Assembly (NCBI GenBank): GCA_943357915.1
Contig: CALRGQ010000001.1
Coordinates: 6,816-70,815 of the forward strand
Length of the DNA stretch: 64,000 nt
Direction: 5' to 3'
Source: Candidatus Peribacteria bacterium
GTDB taxonomy: Bacteria; Patescibacteriota; Gracilibacteria; Peribacterales; Peribacteraceae
A program made the translations under genes and the position numbers. The first letter of the stretch is position 1. Each line of letters starts with the position of its first letter. The notes below the pieces were generated by a model. That model saw only the letters and a list, made by a program, of their open reading frames with translations, did no database searches and was not told the DNA's origin. Of this stretch, positions 55,701-64,000 are shown one piece after another.

Positions 55701-55953
55701 GAAACGCATCTTTGCCGAAAAATGAGATCCAATGCAGTAAGCCGTCCACTCGCTCATCGTTTTCTGTTACAAGGACTGCCGGAACTGCGTGCAACGTCAG
55801 AAGGTGACTTACGATCATCGCTTTTGCGGTTTCATTCGAAAGACCGGATACCGTCAGTGCATGCTTACTCCTCAGAAGCTGCTGGAGCTCCTGATGTGTT
55901 TTCTCACCGATGCAGATGGATGGAATCATCATACGTCTTCGCATGTATATCAC
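52792..55953 (-). CDS. mfd: Transcription-repair coupling factor
   Basis: CarD/TRCF domain [14 protein letters not shown], helicase motifs [32 protein letters not shown], and a C-terminal TRG/D7 region. The start within the first ~10 codons is uncertain. Confidence 0.93.
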   Translation of the reverse strand: MIYMRRRMMIPSICIGEKTHQELQQLLRSKHALTVSGLSNETAKAMIVSHLLTLHAVPAVLVTENDERVDGLLHWISFFGKDAFRVTFGEEPTADDVSSVVKLMKGEGIGVMDRATWDTAMPSFEEFHEHAIILKVGETVDFTTFFSSIIDLGYQHSADQHLSMGEYRRVGDTLDVFPVGEDKQYKISFSFGTVEEIRADTEDASEKQKSIIIYPLAWGETKLLSKQFPETSLLVTDEQEDMEKPATCDIVKLTSFPEDDDVHAHLRYLSVLKFYTLPDFVNDVKDKLQQGWTLVIVSKRADELKGVLQEERIQFLDSPDRKPGSITIVPAGESELLPHSLQNPDLKCALITDREIFSLRKEAKQRSVQRLALDFITSLQVGDFVVHMEHGIGRFDGMTSKVVDDMEREYLEITYAENDKLFVPVDQADKLSKFVYEEGEEPTLTRLGSSEWKKVTKKVSEETQKIARELLEIYAKRAKAKGNSFPDDSDIQQKFDDAFPYTETPGQIKAIEDIKKDMESGQPMDRLICGDVGFGKTEVAMRAAFKAVQGGKQVAFLSPITILTDQHYRSLLKRMEGFNVRIDVLSRFRTAQQQNETLRKLREGTVDIVVGTHRLLQDDIQFSDLGLVIIDEEQRFGVKQKEKLKEIRSSVDILTMTATPIPRTLNLGLHKLRDITTITTPPPGRLPIITEVRKYSDALVREAITKEVARGGQVYMLHNRVETIDAFAMKLRALVPQATFVVTHGQLKPDVLEERIVDFKNGKYSVLVSSTIIENGIDLPRANTLIVNEAEKFGLSQLYQLRGRVGRGTVQAYSYFLYHSQRLKDDAKKRLRAIVEASELGSGFQIAMRDLEIRGAGEILGASQSGSMQTVGVSHYLRLLKSAVEELKAGGKGDEEDMPQTIEIILPFEALLPAFYIPDEQEKISVYQKLAGSEDEAMLAEFEEDLREEYGPLPKQAGNLLRVIKLKMACRRAGVVRVKMDTVSATKRDIVVSLAPRVTATEIMQLLQLCPQWRIVGTTLRISESDLIKVAGTDDWLPVFTKQIAALVKKKGA

Positions 55954-56120
55954 TATTATTGTACTGAGGTCTCGTCACCATTTTCTAAGTAATAGGCCAC
56001 ATGCTTCGCCGATATTGATACTTAAAAAAATAGAGTGTTGGTACGATAAGACGAATCTTTCCTCTGGTAAAATTCGCCCCTCGCTCTCAGAGAACCTTCT
56101 GCAACTAACACGAATATACC

Positions 56121-57278
56121 TTATTCTTCTGTCATGCGCAATGGCATGATGAGGTGAAGATAGGCGTCATCACCAGGAATTCTGAAAACCGCCGGATGTA
56201 ATTTGTCTGAGAGTTCAACCACAACAGAATCGCTACTGAGTCGTGAGAGAAAGTCGATAAGATATGTTGATGAAACGGCAATTTTATTTTCAATACCTTC
56301 TACTTCACAGTTGATCGTAGATTCATCGCGACCGATTTGGGTTTGTTTCGTCGTGAGATGAACAGCGCTCTTGGTAAATGAGAATGTAATGTTGTTACTC
56401 TGTTCTTTTGCAAAGTAGTGCATGCGTTTTACGGCTCCGAGAAGATCTTTAATGTTCAGAACTGCCGTTGTGTTTTTCTCTTTCGGCACAACCTGTGCAT
56501 AATCAGGGAATTTGCCATCAATAAGGCGGCTAACGAGCTTTGTATGTGCAAGATGTACTTCGATTTGTTGCGACCCCAGGTGTATATCCACAGTTTCTGT
56601 TGACGGCTTTTTTTTATCTTTGCCATCTTTATCATCAGCGTCTTTACCGCGATGCAGTGCAATAACCGCTTTGAGCTCCTCAAGGAATTTTGCAGGAATA
56701 ATGCACGCCACTTCACTGGTCATACCTGGGGCGCTCATACTAAATTCAGAAAGACGGTAACTATCCGTTCCCACCATGATAATTTTTCCTTTTTCCATAC
56801 GCACAAAAACACCTGAAATAACTGGTCGCGACGTTGTCCTGGCACATGCGAATGTTACAAGGTTAAGTGCTTGTAAAAGTGGAGAAATTGGGAGAGTAAG
56901 TGTGGTGTCTTTTTGAATACTCGTGATGGTAGGAAAGCCACTTGCCGCCTCACCTGCTATCACTGCTTTTGCGTGTTTAGAATGTAGTTTTAATTGAGTT
57001 CCCTCACTTGTTTCTACGACTATCTCACTATCTTGGTTGTACTGAATGAAATTAAGAATTGCTTTTGCAGGAACGGTAATCGAACCCTCGTTTTCGATAA
57101 GTACTTCAAAACTTGTCACAATAGAAAGCTCTAAGTTTGTCGCTGATAGTGTGCATCTTTTTCCTTCAACGGAAATCAAAATATTTTGTAAAATTGGTAA
57201 GACTTGTTCTGTGCCTATTGCACGACTGACAAGCTGTAAACCCGAAAGAAGATCGGTTGTTGAACAGGAAAACTTCAT
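56121..57278 (-). CDS. dnaN: DNA polymerase III beta sliding clamp
   Basis: MKFSCSTTDLLSGLQLVSRAIGTEQVLPILQNILI, GVFVRMEKGKIIMVGTDSYRL, FPDY..V.P, and a C-terminal LIMPLRM. Confidence 0.92.
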   Translation of the reverse strand: MKFSCSTTDLLSGLQLVSRAIGTEQVLPILQNILISVEGKRCTLSATNLELSIVTSFEVLIENEGSITVPAKAILNFIQYNQDSEIVVETSEGTQLKLHSKHAKAVIAGEAASGFPTITSIQKDTTLTLPISPLLQALNLVTFACARTTSRPVISGVFVRMEKGKIIMVGTDSYRLSEFSMSAPGMTSEVACIIPAKFLEELKAVIALHRGKDADDKDGKDKKKPSTETVDIHLGSQQIEVHLAHTKLVSRLIDGKFPDYAQVVPKEKNTTAVLNIKDLLGAVKRMHYFAKEQSNNITFSFTKSAVHLTTKQTQIGRDESTINCEVEGIENKIAVSSTYLIDFLSRLSSDSVVVELSDKLHPAVFRIPGDDAYLHLIMPLRMTEE

Positions 57279-57695
57279 AACCGAATTGAAGAGGAAGTGT
57301 TTCGATTAATCAAGCATTTCTTCCACTGTCTTTTTAAACTATTCACATAATATTTTTTCTATTGAGATGTAAAGTTTAAGTAATATATCTCAATAGTCAT
57401 AATCATAGACTCTTGATTGAAAGACATAATTATCGGAGGATCATCTGGAAAAGAAGCATTGTCTCAAAGTTGTACTCATCTTTTTTGGTATCCGGATGCA
57501 AAAGTGGCAGATGAAATGAATAAATTTTGTCTGTGGAAAGACTGTGGATAAGCTGTGGAAAAGATGTATCAAGAGCTCTAGCTTCTATCGCAAGCAAGTA
57601 CTACTTCTTCTTGAGCCAAAGCCGGAATACCACTGTGTATAACGATAACTTCTTTAGGAAAACAGAGAACGGACCTTTCCACAGTGGCTTAGAAT
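57279..57695. other. Candidate replication origin region (AT-rich spacer upstream of dnaN with DnaA boxes)
   Basis: A 417-bp non-coding, AT-rich segment. It holds three DnaA-box-like 9-mers within 31 bp, a fourth in the opposite orientation at 57675-57683, and a 10-bp inverted repeat CTATTGAGAT/ATCTCAATAG (57359-57396). Confidence 0.4.
57532..57562. promoter_or_regulatory. Cluster of three same-orientation DnaA-box-like sites
   Basis: TGTGGAAAG (57532-57540), TGTGGATAA (57544-57552) and TGTGGAAAA (57554-57562). The middle site is the exact complement of the TTATCCACA consensus. Confidence 0.5.
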
Positions 57696-59003
57696 TTATG
57701 AGAGTGTTTTCCTGATGTGTTCACGCGCATTCATGCCGGCTGGCGGCGTTCGGTTTTCACGAATGATAAGCTTTCCGGCATGTTCCATTTTTACAAAAGA
57801 GCCTTCCGGTATGTCCTCAGTGATCAGGGTGGCAGAACTAATGAATGAACCTGAGCCAACCTTCACACCTGGCGAAAAAGAGGTATGGATACCGGTTCGG
57901 CAGTGTGAACCGATGATTGCGCCGAGTTTTTGTAACCCCGTCGAGACACTTTTCCCTTGAACAACGGAAGAAATCTCGGCTTCATCCAGCCGCAGGTTAC
58001 CCGTGGTGGTGCCGGCACCGAGTGAAATATTTTGTCCGAAGACTGAGTCACCGATGTAGCTACTGTGTGTCCAGACATCATCTCCAAGGACGGAACGCGC
58101 TACCTCAGTGTTGTAGCCAATCACACAGCGTTTACCGACAGAGCTTCCGCGGACGAGGGCGTTATTGGCAATGATCGAGTCATCGCCGATGCAGCACGGT
58201 CCCATGACCGTCGCATGTGCGAACACTTTCACGTTTTTTCCGATGATGACAGATCCTTCTATGACTGCAGTCTTATGGATCTTTGCAGTCTTATGGATCT
58301 TCGGTTTGCCGTTTGTCGGGAGTAAGACGCTCAAGAGTGACAGCAGGTGCCATGGGTACTTTACCGGCTGCCAGAGCCCTTGATATGGGACTGCTTCGTA
58401 GGGATGCGATGCAAACAGCGCATGTAAGGCCACTTCGTAGCCGTCATCTTTGGCTGACTTCACTTTCTGGAGTGCAGCAAGTAGTTCATTCGGTGAGATG
58501 TGGACGTGGGCGACGATGTTTACGAGGTCACTCGGTTCACTACCGGCACCCGGCTTTTCGACGATGCCCGTGATGCGTTTCCCCTTTACGGTGAGATACC
58601 CGCCTGGGAAATACTCCGTCACTTTTCGTGCCAAAAGAAGACCGCCACGCTTCATGGTTTTCGTGCGTTTCATAAGGTCTGCGTAGGCACGAGGCTCGAT
58701 AACATCGTTACCACTGACGATCATCACGGGCAGGTCCCCGCACTGTGGCAAGGCTGACAGTAGTGCGCCGCGCATACCAAGATCCAGATTTTCCTGTTCC
58801 AGAATGCGCAGAGTTGGGAATAGTTCTTCAAACTCAGCTTTATTATGCTTACCGCCGACAATGATTATATTTTTTATCCCTGCGATCTGTAGCCGCCGCA
58901 CCTGTTCTTCTATCAGTGTTGTCCCTACAACCGGAAAGAGTGCCTTCTCCTCAAGCGGCCAGAAGCGTTTGGATCTGCCAGCGACGATGAGAATAGCAAG
59001 CAT
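57696..59003 (-). CDS. Sugar-phosphate nucleotidyltransferase with C-terminal left-handed beta-helix (GlmU/GCD1-like architecture)
   Basis: MLAILIVAGRSKRFWPL resembles the G.G.R nucleotidyltransferase motif. The C-terminal half has hexapeptide repeats (IGDDSIIANNALVRGSSVGKRCVIGYNTEVARSVLGDDV...). Confidence 0.8.
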   Translation of the reverse strand: MLAILIVAGRSKRFWPLEEKALFPVVGTTLIEEQVRRLQIAGIKNIIIVGGKHNKAEFEELFPTLRILEQENLDLGMRGALLSALPQCGDLPVMIVSGNDVIEPRAYADLMKRTKTMKRGGLLLARKVTEYFPGGYLTVKGKRITGIVEKPGAGSEPSDLVNIVAHVHISPNELLAALQKVKSAKDDGYEVALHALFASHPYEAVPYQGLWQPVKYPWHLLSLLSVLLPTNGKPKIHKTAKIHKTAVIEGSVIIGKNVKVFAHATVMGPCCIGDDSIIANNALVRGSSVGKRCVIGYNTEVARSVLGDDVWTHSSYIGDSVFGQNISLGAGTTTGNLRLDEAEISSVVQGKSVSTGLQKLGAIIGSHCRTGIHTSFSPGVKVGSGSFISSATLITEDIPEGSFVKMEHAGKLIIRENRTPPAGMNAREHIRKTLS

Positions 59004-59049
59004 CAGTGGTGCACTATACAGGCCTTTTTAGGCTCTGAGTAGACATATC

Positions 59050-59874
59050 TTACCACTCAAGCTCGATATCACCCTCCAGGTCAGTCCTCCGAACATCAGA
59101 TCCAATGTTTTTTAGTCTCTGCAAAACGCCGGCATTTGGGTGTCCGTACGAGTTTTCTTTTGCGACGGAAACAATAGATATTTTCGGTCCGACTGCTAGC
59201 AGGAAACCAGTCGACGATGACGTTTTACTACCATGATGTGCGACTTTCAGGATGTCAGCCTTGAGATCAGCACCAGCTTCTACCAGCGTTTTTTCAGGAA
59301 TGTTTTCAATGTCTCCGGTAAAGAGCACACGTTTTCCGTTGTGAGAAAACCGAACAGTCAGTGATTCCGTATTTGCATCTTCAGGTATACCGATTGGCAT
59401 ATCTTTTGGTGGCCACAGAATGTCCAGCGTGCCCGTTTCGAGATCAATAGTTTGTCCCGCGTACATCGTCAGCACGGGTATTCCCCTCAGCGTGGCGCCC
59501 GAGAGAGTGGCCGAGTAGGTACCGGAGTTGAAAGCTGTGCCGGCTGTGATGAGCGCACCGACGGAATACCTCCGGAGGACTTCTGGGAAACTGGCGAGAT
59601 GATCCAAGTGCGGATGTGAGAGTATGACGAGATCAATCCGACGGTCAAAGAACGGCATGTACTGTCCGAGCTTTTCTAGTGTTGACCAATCGGGGCCGCC
59701 ATCGATCAGGATATGTTTTCCGTCTGCCAGAGTGATGAGTGCACTATCACCTTGCCCGATATCAAAAAATACTATGTGCGTTTTGCCATCTGCCATCAAG
59801 AAAAATTCCCGTCCGCCAAGTGTCAGCAATACCACTGCAAGTACGCCCAGAACCCAGAAAGTTTTCTTGGTCAT
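59050..59874 (-). CDS. Membrane-anchored MBL-fold hydrolase resembling the C-terminal domain of ComEC/Rec2
   Basis: N-terminal TM segment FWVLGVLAVVLLTLG, then FFDIGQGDSALI, LIDGG, LVILSHPHLDHL, and VAHHGSKTSS. No competence-channel domain is present. Confidence 0.8.
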   Translation of the reverse strand: MTKKTFWVLGVLAVVLLTLGGREFFLMADGKTHIVFFDIGQGDSALITLADGKHILIDGGPDWSTLEKLGQYMPFFDRRIDLVILSHPHLDHLASFPEVLRRYSVGALITAGTAFNSGTYSATLSGATLRGIPVLTMYAGQTIDLETGTLDILWPPKDMPIGIPEDANTESLTVRFSHNGKRVLFTGDIENIPEKTLVEAGADLKADILKVAHHGSKTSSSTGFLLAVGPKISIVSVAKENSYGHPNAGVLQRLKNIGSDVRRTDLEGDIELEW

Positions 59875-59883
59875 TGTCCGAGC

Positions 59884-60885
59884 TTACACCACCAGCTTCT
59901 TCTTGTAGATGCGCCTACCTGCTTCTGCCCCCGCGAGTGCGATGATGCCAAGCAGTCCGAGGCCGGATTCCGGTAGATCTGAGCGATCTGTAGGCTTCGG
60001 GGTTTGTACTGAATCAATTGGGCTCACCGTAGCGGGAAGGTTTGGGTTTCTGCCGTATTGCGGGATACTTGGTTTGGCGGTTTCTTTTGCTGCGGTCCTC
60101 AATCGCACCTGAGGCTCGGTGGGCGTTGCGTTTGTTCCGTCCATCGCCTGGATGGCTGAGAGCAAACTAAAAACGTACTCGGTGTCCGGTGTGTGAACAC
60201 CTGTGATGAGGAGAATCTGCTTGCCGAATATGTCGGTCTTTTCGATCGATAACACTATTCCACTTGCGGTTGTAATAAGGAAAGAATCGGGGGTGATAAC
60301 AGCATCTGGACTTAGGTCTTTTGTAAACGTCACCAACATCCCGGTTCCGGAAACGACCTGAAAAGATTCGATGCCCATGCGGAGAGCTGTGCTTGTTGGG
60401 TTTTCACCAATGGGCATAGAAGCCTCCGAGGATACATTCGATGACGACGATGTGGTTATTGCCACGGACGAAGAGACAGACGAAGAAGAAAGAGAGGAAG
60501 AGGACGAAGGCGTAGGAGTAGGAGTGATAACGAACGCTTCGGTTTCGAATCCTTCACTTTCCGTGCCATCCTGGCTAACAGCGAGGACGCCGATATAGAT
60601 TTTTTCTGACTGCAGCGGAGCCTTTGCAAAAACAAATGTCGTCTGGGCGTTTTGGGTCTGTTCAAAGTCGTCATAGTTCCCGCCGTTATTCAGGATCGAC
60701 GCATGACTGTAGTAGACGCGGTAGTTCATTGCAGCCGGTACCTGTGACCACAGGACCGTAATTTCGTCGCCATTCACCCGAGCCTGAACGTTTTTGACGT
60801 TCGTGGGGATCTCTGCGGCCAGAACAATCCCCGTAGATAATGACAGCACAAGAGCGGTGAGTGAGAGTGTGTGTTTGAAAGACAT
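59884..60885 (-). CDS. Secreted FN3-like protein with C-terminal tripartite sorting signal (LPESG + hydrophobic + basic tail)
   Basis: Signal peptide MSFKHTLSLTALVLSLSTGIVLA. The FN3-like block is PTNVKNVQARVNGDEITVLWSQVPAAMNYRVYY, followed by a Ser/Thr linker. The C-terminus is DLPESGLGLLGIIALAGAEAGRRIYKKKLVV. Confidence 0.7.
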   Translation of the reverse strand: MSFKHTLSLTALVLSLSTGIVLAAEIPTNVKNVQARVNGDEITVLWSQVPAAMNYRVYYSHASILNNGGNYDDFEQTQNAQTTFVFAKAPLQSEKIYIGVLAVSQDGTESEGFETEAFVITPTPTPSSSSSLSSSSVSSSVAITTSSSSNVSSEASMPIGENPTSTALRMGIESFQVVSGTGMLVTFTKDLSPDAVITPDSFLITTASGIVLSIEKTDIFGKQILLITGVHTPDTEYVFSLLSAIQAMDGTNATPTEPQVRLRTAAKETAKPSIPQYGRNPNLPATVSPIDSVQTPKPTDRSDLPESGLGLLGIIALAGAEAGRRIYKKKLVV

Positions 60886-60897
60886 CAGAACATTATA

Positions 60898-61293
60898 TCA
60901 CATTGAGCTCTTTTTTGAAAGCAGGCTACTTTTATAGATCTCGGGTTTAAAGGCGTCAGCACGCTCGTAAGGACACTGCAGATCATCAAATGAGATGCCG
61001 GGTGGCAGTTTTTGATCGTAACCGAAGAGGAGGAGATCAGGTTTCTCAGCACGAATCGGCGCTAAAAAATCGTCTGAAGATCCGGCAAGTACGTTGATGT
61101 CTGGGAATGCGGTTACCAGTGCTTTCATTCGTTCTTCTGCGTTTTGTCGTGACGGACGACCTTTGATTGTGGCCACATTCGGGTCTGTTCCCACGACCAC
61201 AATGACATTGCCACGGGCTTGTGCCTGCTGCACTAAAAATCGATGACCGTCATGCAAGTGGTCAAAAGTCCCGAAGATCATAATCTTTCTCAT
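60898..61293 (-). CDS. Small cytidylyltransferase-superfamily nucleotidyltransferase
   Basis: MIFGTFDHLHDGHRFL carries the (H/T)xGH nucleotidyltransferase signature (GTFD..H.GH). 131 aa. The substrate cannot be assigned from sequence. Confidence 0.8.
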   Translation of the reverse strand: MRKIMIFGTFDHLHDGHRFLVQQAQARGNVIVVVGTDPNVATIKGRPSRQNAEERMKALVTAFPDINVLAGSSDDFLAPIRAEKPDLLLFGYDQKLPPGISFDDLQCPYERADAFKPEIYKSSLLSKKSSM

Positions 61294-61295
61294 TC

Positions 61296-63290
61296 TTATC
61301 TTGCCTGCAGATCAATGGCGTACAACTTCTTCTCGTCCAGAACATAGAGACGCGTATCTTCGGCGTCCACGAAAATGTCCTTGAGGTTACCAACTTGCTC
61401 GGAATCCAGCACGTATTGCTTCATGTACAGCGAGTCACCGAGGTCGCCATCGTTGGTCGTGACGACGACACGTTTGGTGGCAGGATCCAAGAAATAGAAG
61501 CTACCGTTCACGCCAGATTTGAAAATTCTTGTCACACCATTCAGTGCTCCGGGAGGCAGATTTCTAATATTAAAGGTCTGTTTTTCACCTCTCAAGAGTT
61601 TCACAACTTCGCGCTCGCCTGCCTTACCGCCGGAGACGGATGAATCACGCAGCACATACACCGCTCCTGTGATGGTCATATCCAAAGCACCGGTCATATC
61701 ACCGTTGACGTTGTACTCAGCCGGAGGCCCGTAACGGCTCGCAAGGCGCTCGTACTTATAGATCTGCTTACGTTCCGGAGCGAGAACGTAGAGGTAGCGG
61801 AGGTAGGTCTTGATATCGGCACCTGTGATCCAGCCCGCAGTGTCCTCGGTTTTCATCGTCGTTGGCTGACCATTGATAATTTCAATGACGCTGTTTCCAG
61901 TCGTCATGAATACTTTGCTCTGAAACCGTGGGAAGTTATCACCATCAAGAATAAGTTCCTCAGAGCCCAGACGGTCAGCATTTTCGACGGTGTTCAGAGA
62001 AACGCTATACAGATCCTGACGGTCATACACTAAGAACTCGCCATTACTAAGACCGATAAAACCTTGCGCCAAAATATCAGCTTTCTTTCCGCTCAGGTTG
62101 GCCATAACTCTAGGAGGCGTGACGCGGATAACGCGGTTCATCTCCTCGCGTTTTGACTTAATTCTGTCCAGCAGTTCCAGTGCTTCACTGCGGTACATAC
62201 CGCTTTCGTTGGTCATCACTTGCCGCGCGCGTTCATCAGCACGCTGCAAGATTGCATTCGCGCTATCGGTGTCACCGGCTAGTTGCCGGTTTTCAGCCGT
62301 CGAGAGGTCGGCATTAATTTGCTTTACCAGAGTCGCTAGTTCGCCCGTTGTCTGGTTTCGTTGACTTGAGAGTGTCAGTTGGACGAGCATCCAGATAATG
62401 ACGAATGCGGCGGCGGAACCGGCCAGAAGAAGCAAGTGAGCGCGGCGCTTGCGCTCAGGGTCATACAAATCTTTCAGAAACTGGCGGGTCTTGTCAGCCA
62501 ACGAGTTTGAGGATTTCTTTAGCTTCACTCCGCCACGGACACGGGTGAAAATTTTGGACCAATCCACGCGGCCAACGACACCGCTGACACCAGAAAGCAG
62601 TGACGATGTGCTTCGGTTACGGTTGCGGCGTGGCGCAGGGCGGTTTACTTCACGTGGCGCATCCTCCTCTTCTTTTTCGCCTATCATCGCAATATGAAGG
62701 ATACAGGCAGCTTCTTTCTCAGCAGTGAGTGTTTGGACAATAGTTTGCACAGCCGTCTCGCCGCCATGTTGTACGGTCTGGGAAAGCTGAGCCGGTGTTA
62801 TAGCCCTCAGCAGTCTGGTCGTGGCGATGATGAAGTGATCTCGGTTTTGTACCGGGCCACTCACGATGTGCATGAAGGCCATTGGTGGCTTTGCGCGTGA
62901 ATATTCTGTGATCTGTACGGCAGTGCCATCACGAATGACGTAGGCCTCGGCGCGGCCGACATGAGAAATGTGTAGCGTGCCACTCTTCTCCAAGAGTCCG
63001 ACGACTGCGTGGACATCTTTCACAGCTTCAGACACAAGAAAACCTTTGAGAAGTCCGTTCAATTCTTTCAGCGCACTCTCCAGCCGATCATATCCATCAC
63101 CTTCACCGTCCAACACAGCATGCTTCAGCACGTTCGTGAATTCTTCGCGCAGGTTATCACTACCTGCAGCGCGGCCTTCACAATGCATAATCAAAAAGAC
63201 ACGATCGCTTTTGCTATCGCCAAGAACAACCGGCACCAGAACGGTACCTGACGGAGCCTTCGTTTGGCCTGTCCACACCTCGAGCTTCAT
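61296..63290 (-). CDS. Hypothetical bitopic membrane protein: degenerate PP2C/SpoIIE-like N-domain, TM helix, large beta-rich extracytoplasmic domain
   Basis: The N-domain resembles PP2C strand order (VHAVVGLLEKSGTLHISHVGRAEAYVIRDGTAVQITE...HFIIATTRLL) but lacks the usual metal-binding Asp motifs. TM helix HLLLLAGSAAAFVIIWMLVQL. The alternative start at 63350 is tracked. Confidence 0.65.
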   Translation of the reverse strand: MKLEVWTGQTKAPSGTVLVPVVLGDSKSDRVFLIMHCEGRAAGSDNLREEFTNVLKHAVLDGEGDGYDRLESALKELNGLLKGFLVSEAVKDVHAVVGLLEKSGTLHISHVGRAEAYVIRDGTAVQITEYSRAKPPMAFMHIVSGPVQNRDHFIIATTRLLRAITPAQLSQTVQHGGETAVQTIVQTLTAEKEAACILHIAMIGEKEEEDAPREVNRPAPRRNRNRSTSSLLSGVSGVVGRVDWSKIFTRVRGGVKLKKSSNSLADKTRQFLKDLYDPERKRRAHLLLLAGSAAAFVIIWMLVQLTLSSQRNQTTGELATLVKQINADLSTAENRQLAGDTDSANAILQRADERARQVMTNESGMYRSEALELLDRIKSKREEMNRVIRVTPPRVMANLSGKKADILAQGFIGLSNGEFLVYDRQDLYSVSLNTVENADRLGSEELILDGDNFPRFQSKVFMTTGNSVIEIINGQPTTMKTEDTAGWITGADIKTYLRYLYVLAPERKQIYKYERLASRYGPPAEYNVNGDMTGALDMTITGAVYVLRDSSVSGGKAGEREVVKLLRGEKQTFNIRNLPPGALNGVTRIFKSGVNGSFYFLDPATKRVVVTTNDGDLGDSLYMKQYVLDSEQVGNLKDIFVDAEDTRLYVLDEKKLYAIDLQAR

Positions 63291-63579
63291 ACGGTAGAGA
63301 AGGCTACATTGTTTCAGGGGTATTTCGCAAGAAAAGAAGAGGGGTAGCATCGGTTCGCAAACCGATGAGGTAGGTGCCTCAGTCTTGTGATTTGTGAATC
63401 GCAGTTGCGTATAATTGGAAGATTTTTTGTGGATTAATCATATTTCACACCTAATAATTCATTGATAATAAGCCAAAAATAGGTCATCATGACAAACCAA
63501 GTGCTTGATTTCCAGTTCGTATCGGAGTACGATGAAGTCTACAGGATTTTCCTGCAATTATTTTCTCTCCAATACATAG

Positions 63580-64000
63580 ATGAAATCTGTTCATGAGTGG
63601 GTCAAGAAGGTGGTACAAAGTGGTGAAGTGCCGCCAGCGAGTCAACCAACGCAACCACAAAAAGTTATCTCTCCTCCGACAAAACCTGTCCAACCATCAC
63701 GCCCTCAGCGTCCACAGACTCCACAGGCCGCACCTGTAAAAGTTCTGGCCACTGCTCCGGGAGGTAAGGGGCTCAAGCTTTATCCTCTAGGCGGATTTGA
63801 AGAAGTCGGCCGTAACTGCTTCGTCGTCGATGTCGATGGCGACTTGTACATTATCGACCTTGGCCTCCAGTTTCCGGAGGAAGATATGCCGGGTATCGAT
63901 TATCTTATTCCTGATCTTTCGGGCCTGCGCGGCAAAGAAAATCGGATCAAGGCGATCATCTTCACGCATGGTCACTTGGACCACATCGGCGCGGTGCAGC
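63580..64000 (+). CDS. rnj: Ribonuclease J (3'-truncated by window edge)
   Basis: This gene is not in the ORF track because it has no stop. Translation from ATG 63580 gives a Pro/Gln-rich N-extension, then LKLYPLGGFEEVGRNCFVVDVDGDLYIIDLGLQFPEEDMPGIDYLIPDLSGL...IKAIIFTHGHLDHIGAV (MBL motif HxHxDH). Confidence 0.9.
   Translation, partial: MKSVHEWVKKVVQSGEVPPASQPTQPQKVISPPTKPVQPSRPQRPQTPQAAPVKVLATAPGGKGLKLYPLGGFEEVGRNCFVVDVDGDLYIIDLGLQFPEEDMPGIDYLIPDLSGLRGKENRIKAIIFTHGHLDHIGAVQ

Noticed and set aside
57527-57715. Tracked 62-aa ORF (+) inside the dnaN upstream spacer.
   Set aside because: It overlaps the DnaA-box cluster, has no ribosome-binding site or recognisable protein features, and runs into the convergent nucleotidyltransferase gene. 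It is more likely non-coding.
63351-63579. Alternative origin or promoter region at the minus/plus gene-orientation switch upstream of rnj. It contains one near-consensus DnaA box TGTGGATTA (around 63437-63445), a TATAAT at about 63408, and an 8-bp-stem hairpin CATCGGTT-CGCA-AACCGATG at 63348-63367.
   Set aside because: There is only a single imperfect box, and no convincing -35 element sits at proper spacing from the TATAAT. This is insufficient to call, so it is noted only as the competing location for the strand switch in the oriC finding.
1-64000. Possible alternative genetic code (UGA or UAG reassignment), as seen in some uncultivated lineages.
   Set aside because: Housekeeping genes (dnaE 1197 aa, mfd 1053 aa, aspS, murA and others) are full length under the standard code. 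I also verified TGA, TAA and TAG stop codons at expected gene ends.
1-64000. CRISPR arrays and rRNA genes.
   Set aside because: I found no regularly spaced short direct repeats. The palindromic repeats seen are isolated single copies at gene ends. No rRNA-like conserved stretches were seen.

Overview
This is a 64-kb chromosomal window from a bacterium using the standard genetic code; long ORFs such as DnaE, Mfd and AspS are uninterrupted. I count about 55 supportable CDS and 2 tRNAs. I see no rRNA, CRISPR array, transposase, integrase or phage genes.

The backbone is housekeeping:
- Energy and DNA metabolism: V/A-type ATPase B and D, two SSB paralogs, ComM, YraN, DnaE, Mfd, DnaN, NrdR.
- Translation and RNA: AspS, GltX, TsaC, RNase J (3'-truncated).
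- Cell wall and envelope: MurB, MurG, FtsW, MurA, LspA, a cyclophilin lipoprotein.
- Other: an OmpR/HisKA two-component pair, PyrF, a HIT protein.

Genes are tightly packed and ATGA stop/start overlaps are frequent. Lineage-specific content sits between the housekeeping genes:
1. A 12.3-kb, six-gene, translationally coupled operon (25275-37560, minus strand). It encodes large signal-peptide-bearing, cysteine-rich proteins. I recognise no family for five of them. This is my best candidate for an undescribed extracellular system.
2. A visibly AT-richer gene for a 1574-aa charged, modular repeat protein (11850-16571), with a near-identical 282-bp tandem duplication at its 3' end. It lies next to tRNA-Leu and a duplicated tRNA 3'-end fragment.
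3. A single-chain SSB with two OB folds.
4. A dispersed GAGACG...CGTCTC palindromic hairpin family at gene 3' ends.
5. A four-helix-bundle gene enclosed by 21-bp perfect inverted repeats.
6. A DnaA-box cluster upstream of dnaN with no adjacent dnaA.
7. A methyltransferase gene bracketed by about 74-bp direct repeats.

The trait mix is SLH-like surface proteins, a V-type ATPase, a two-OB SSB, a stand-alone ComEC nuclease domain and membrane glycosyltransferase-TPR fusions. It suggests an uncultivated lineage, but no phylogenetic marker in the window lets me place it. All calls come from reading the translations and the DNA; no searches were run.
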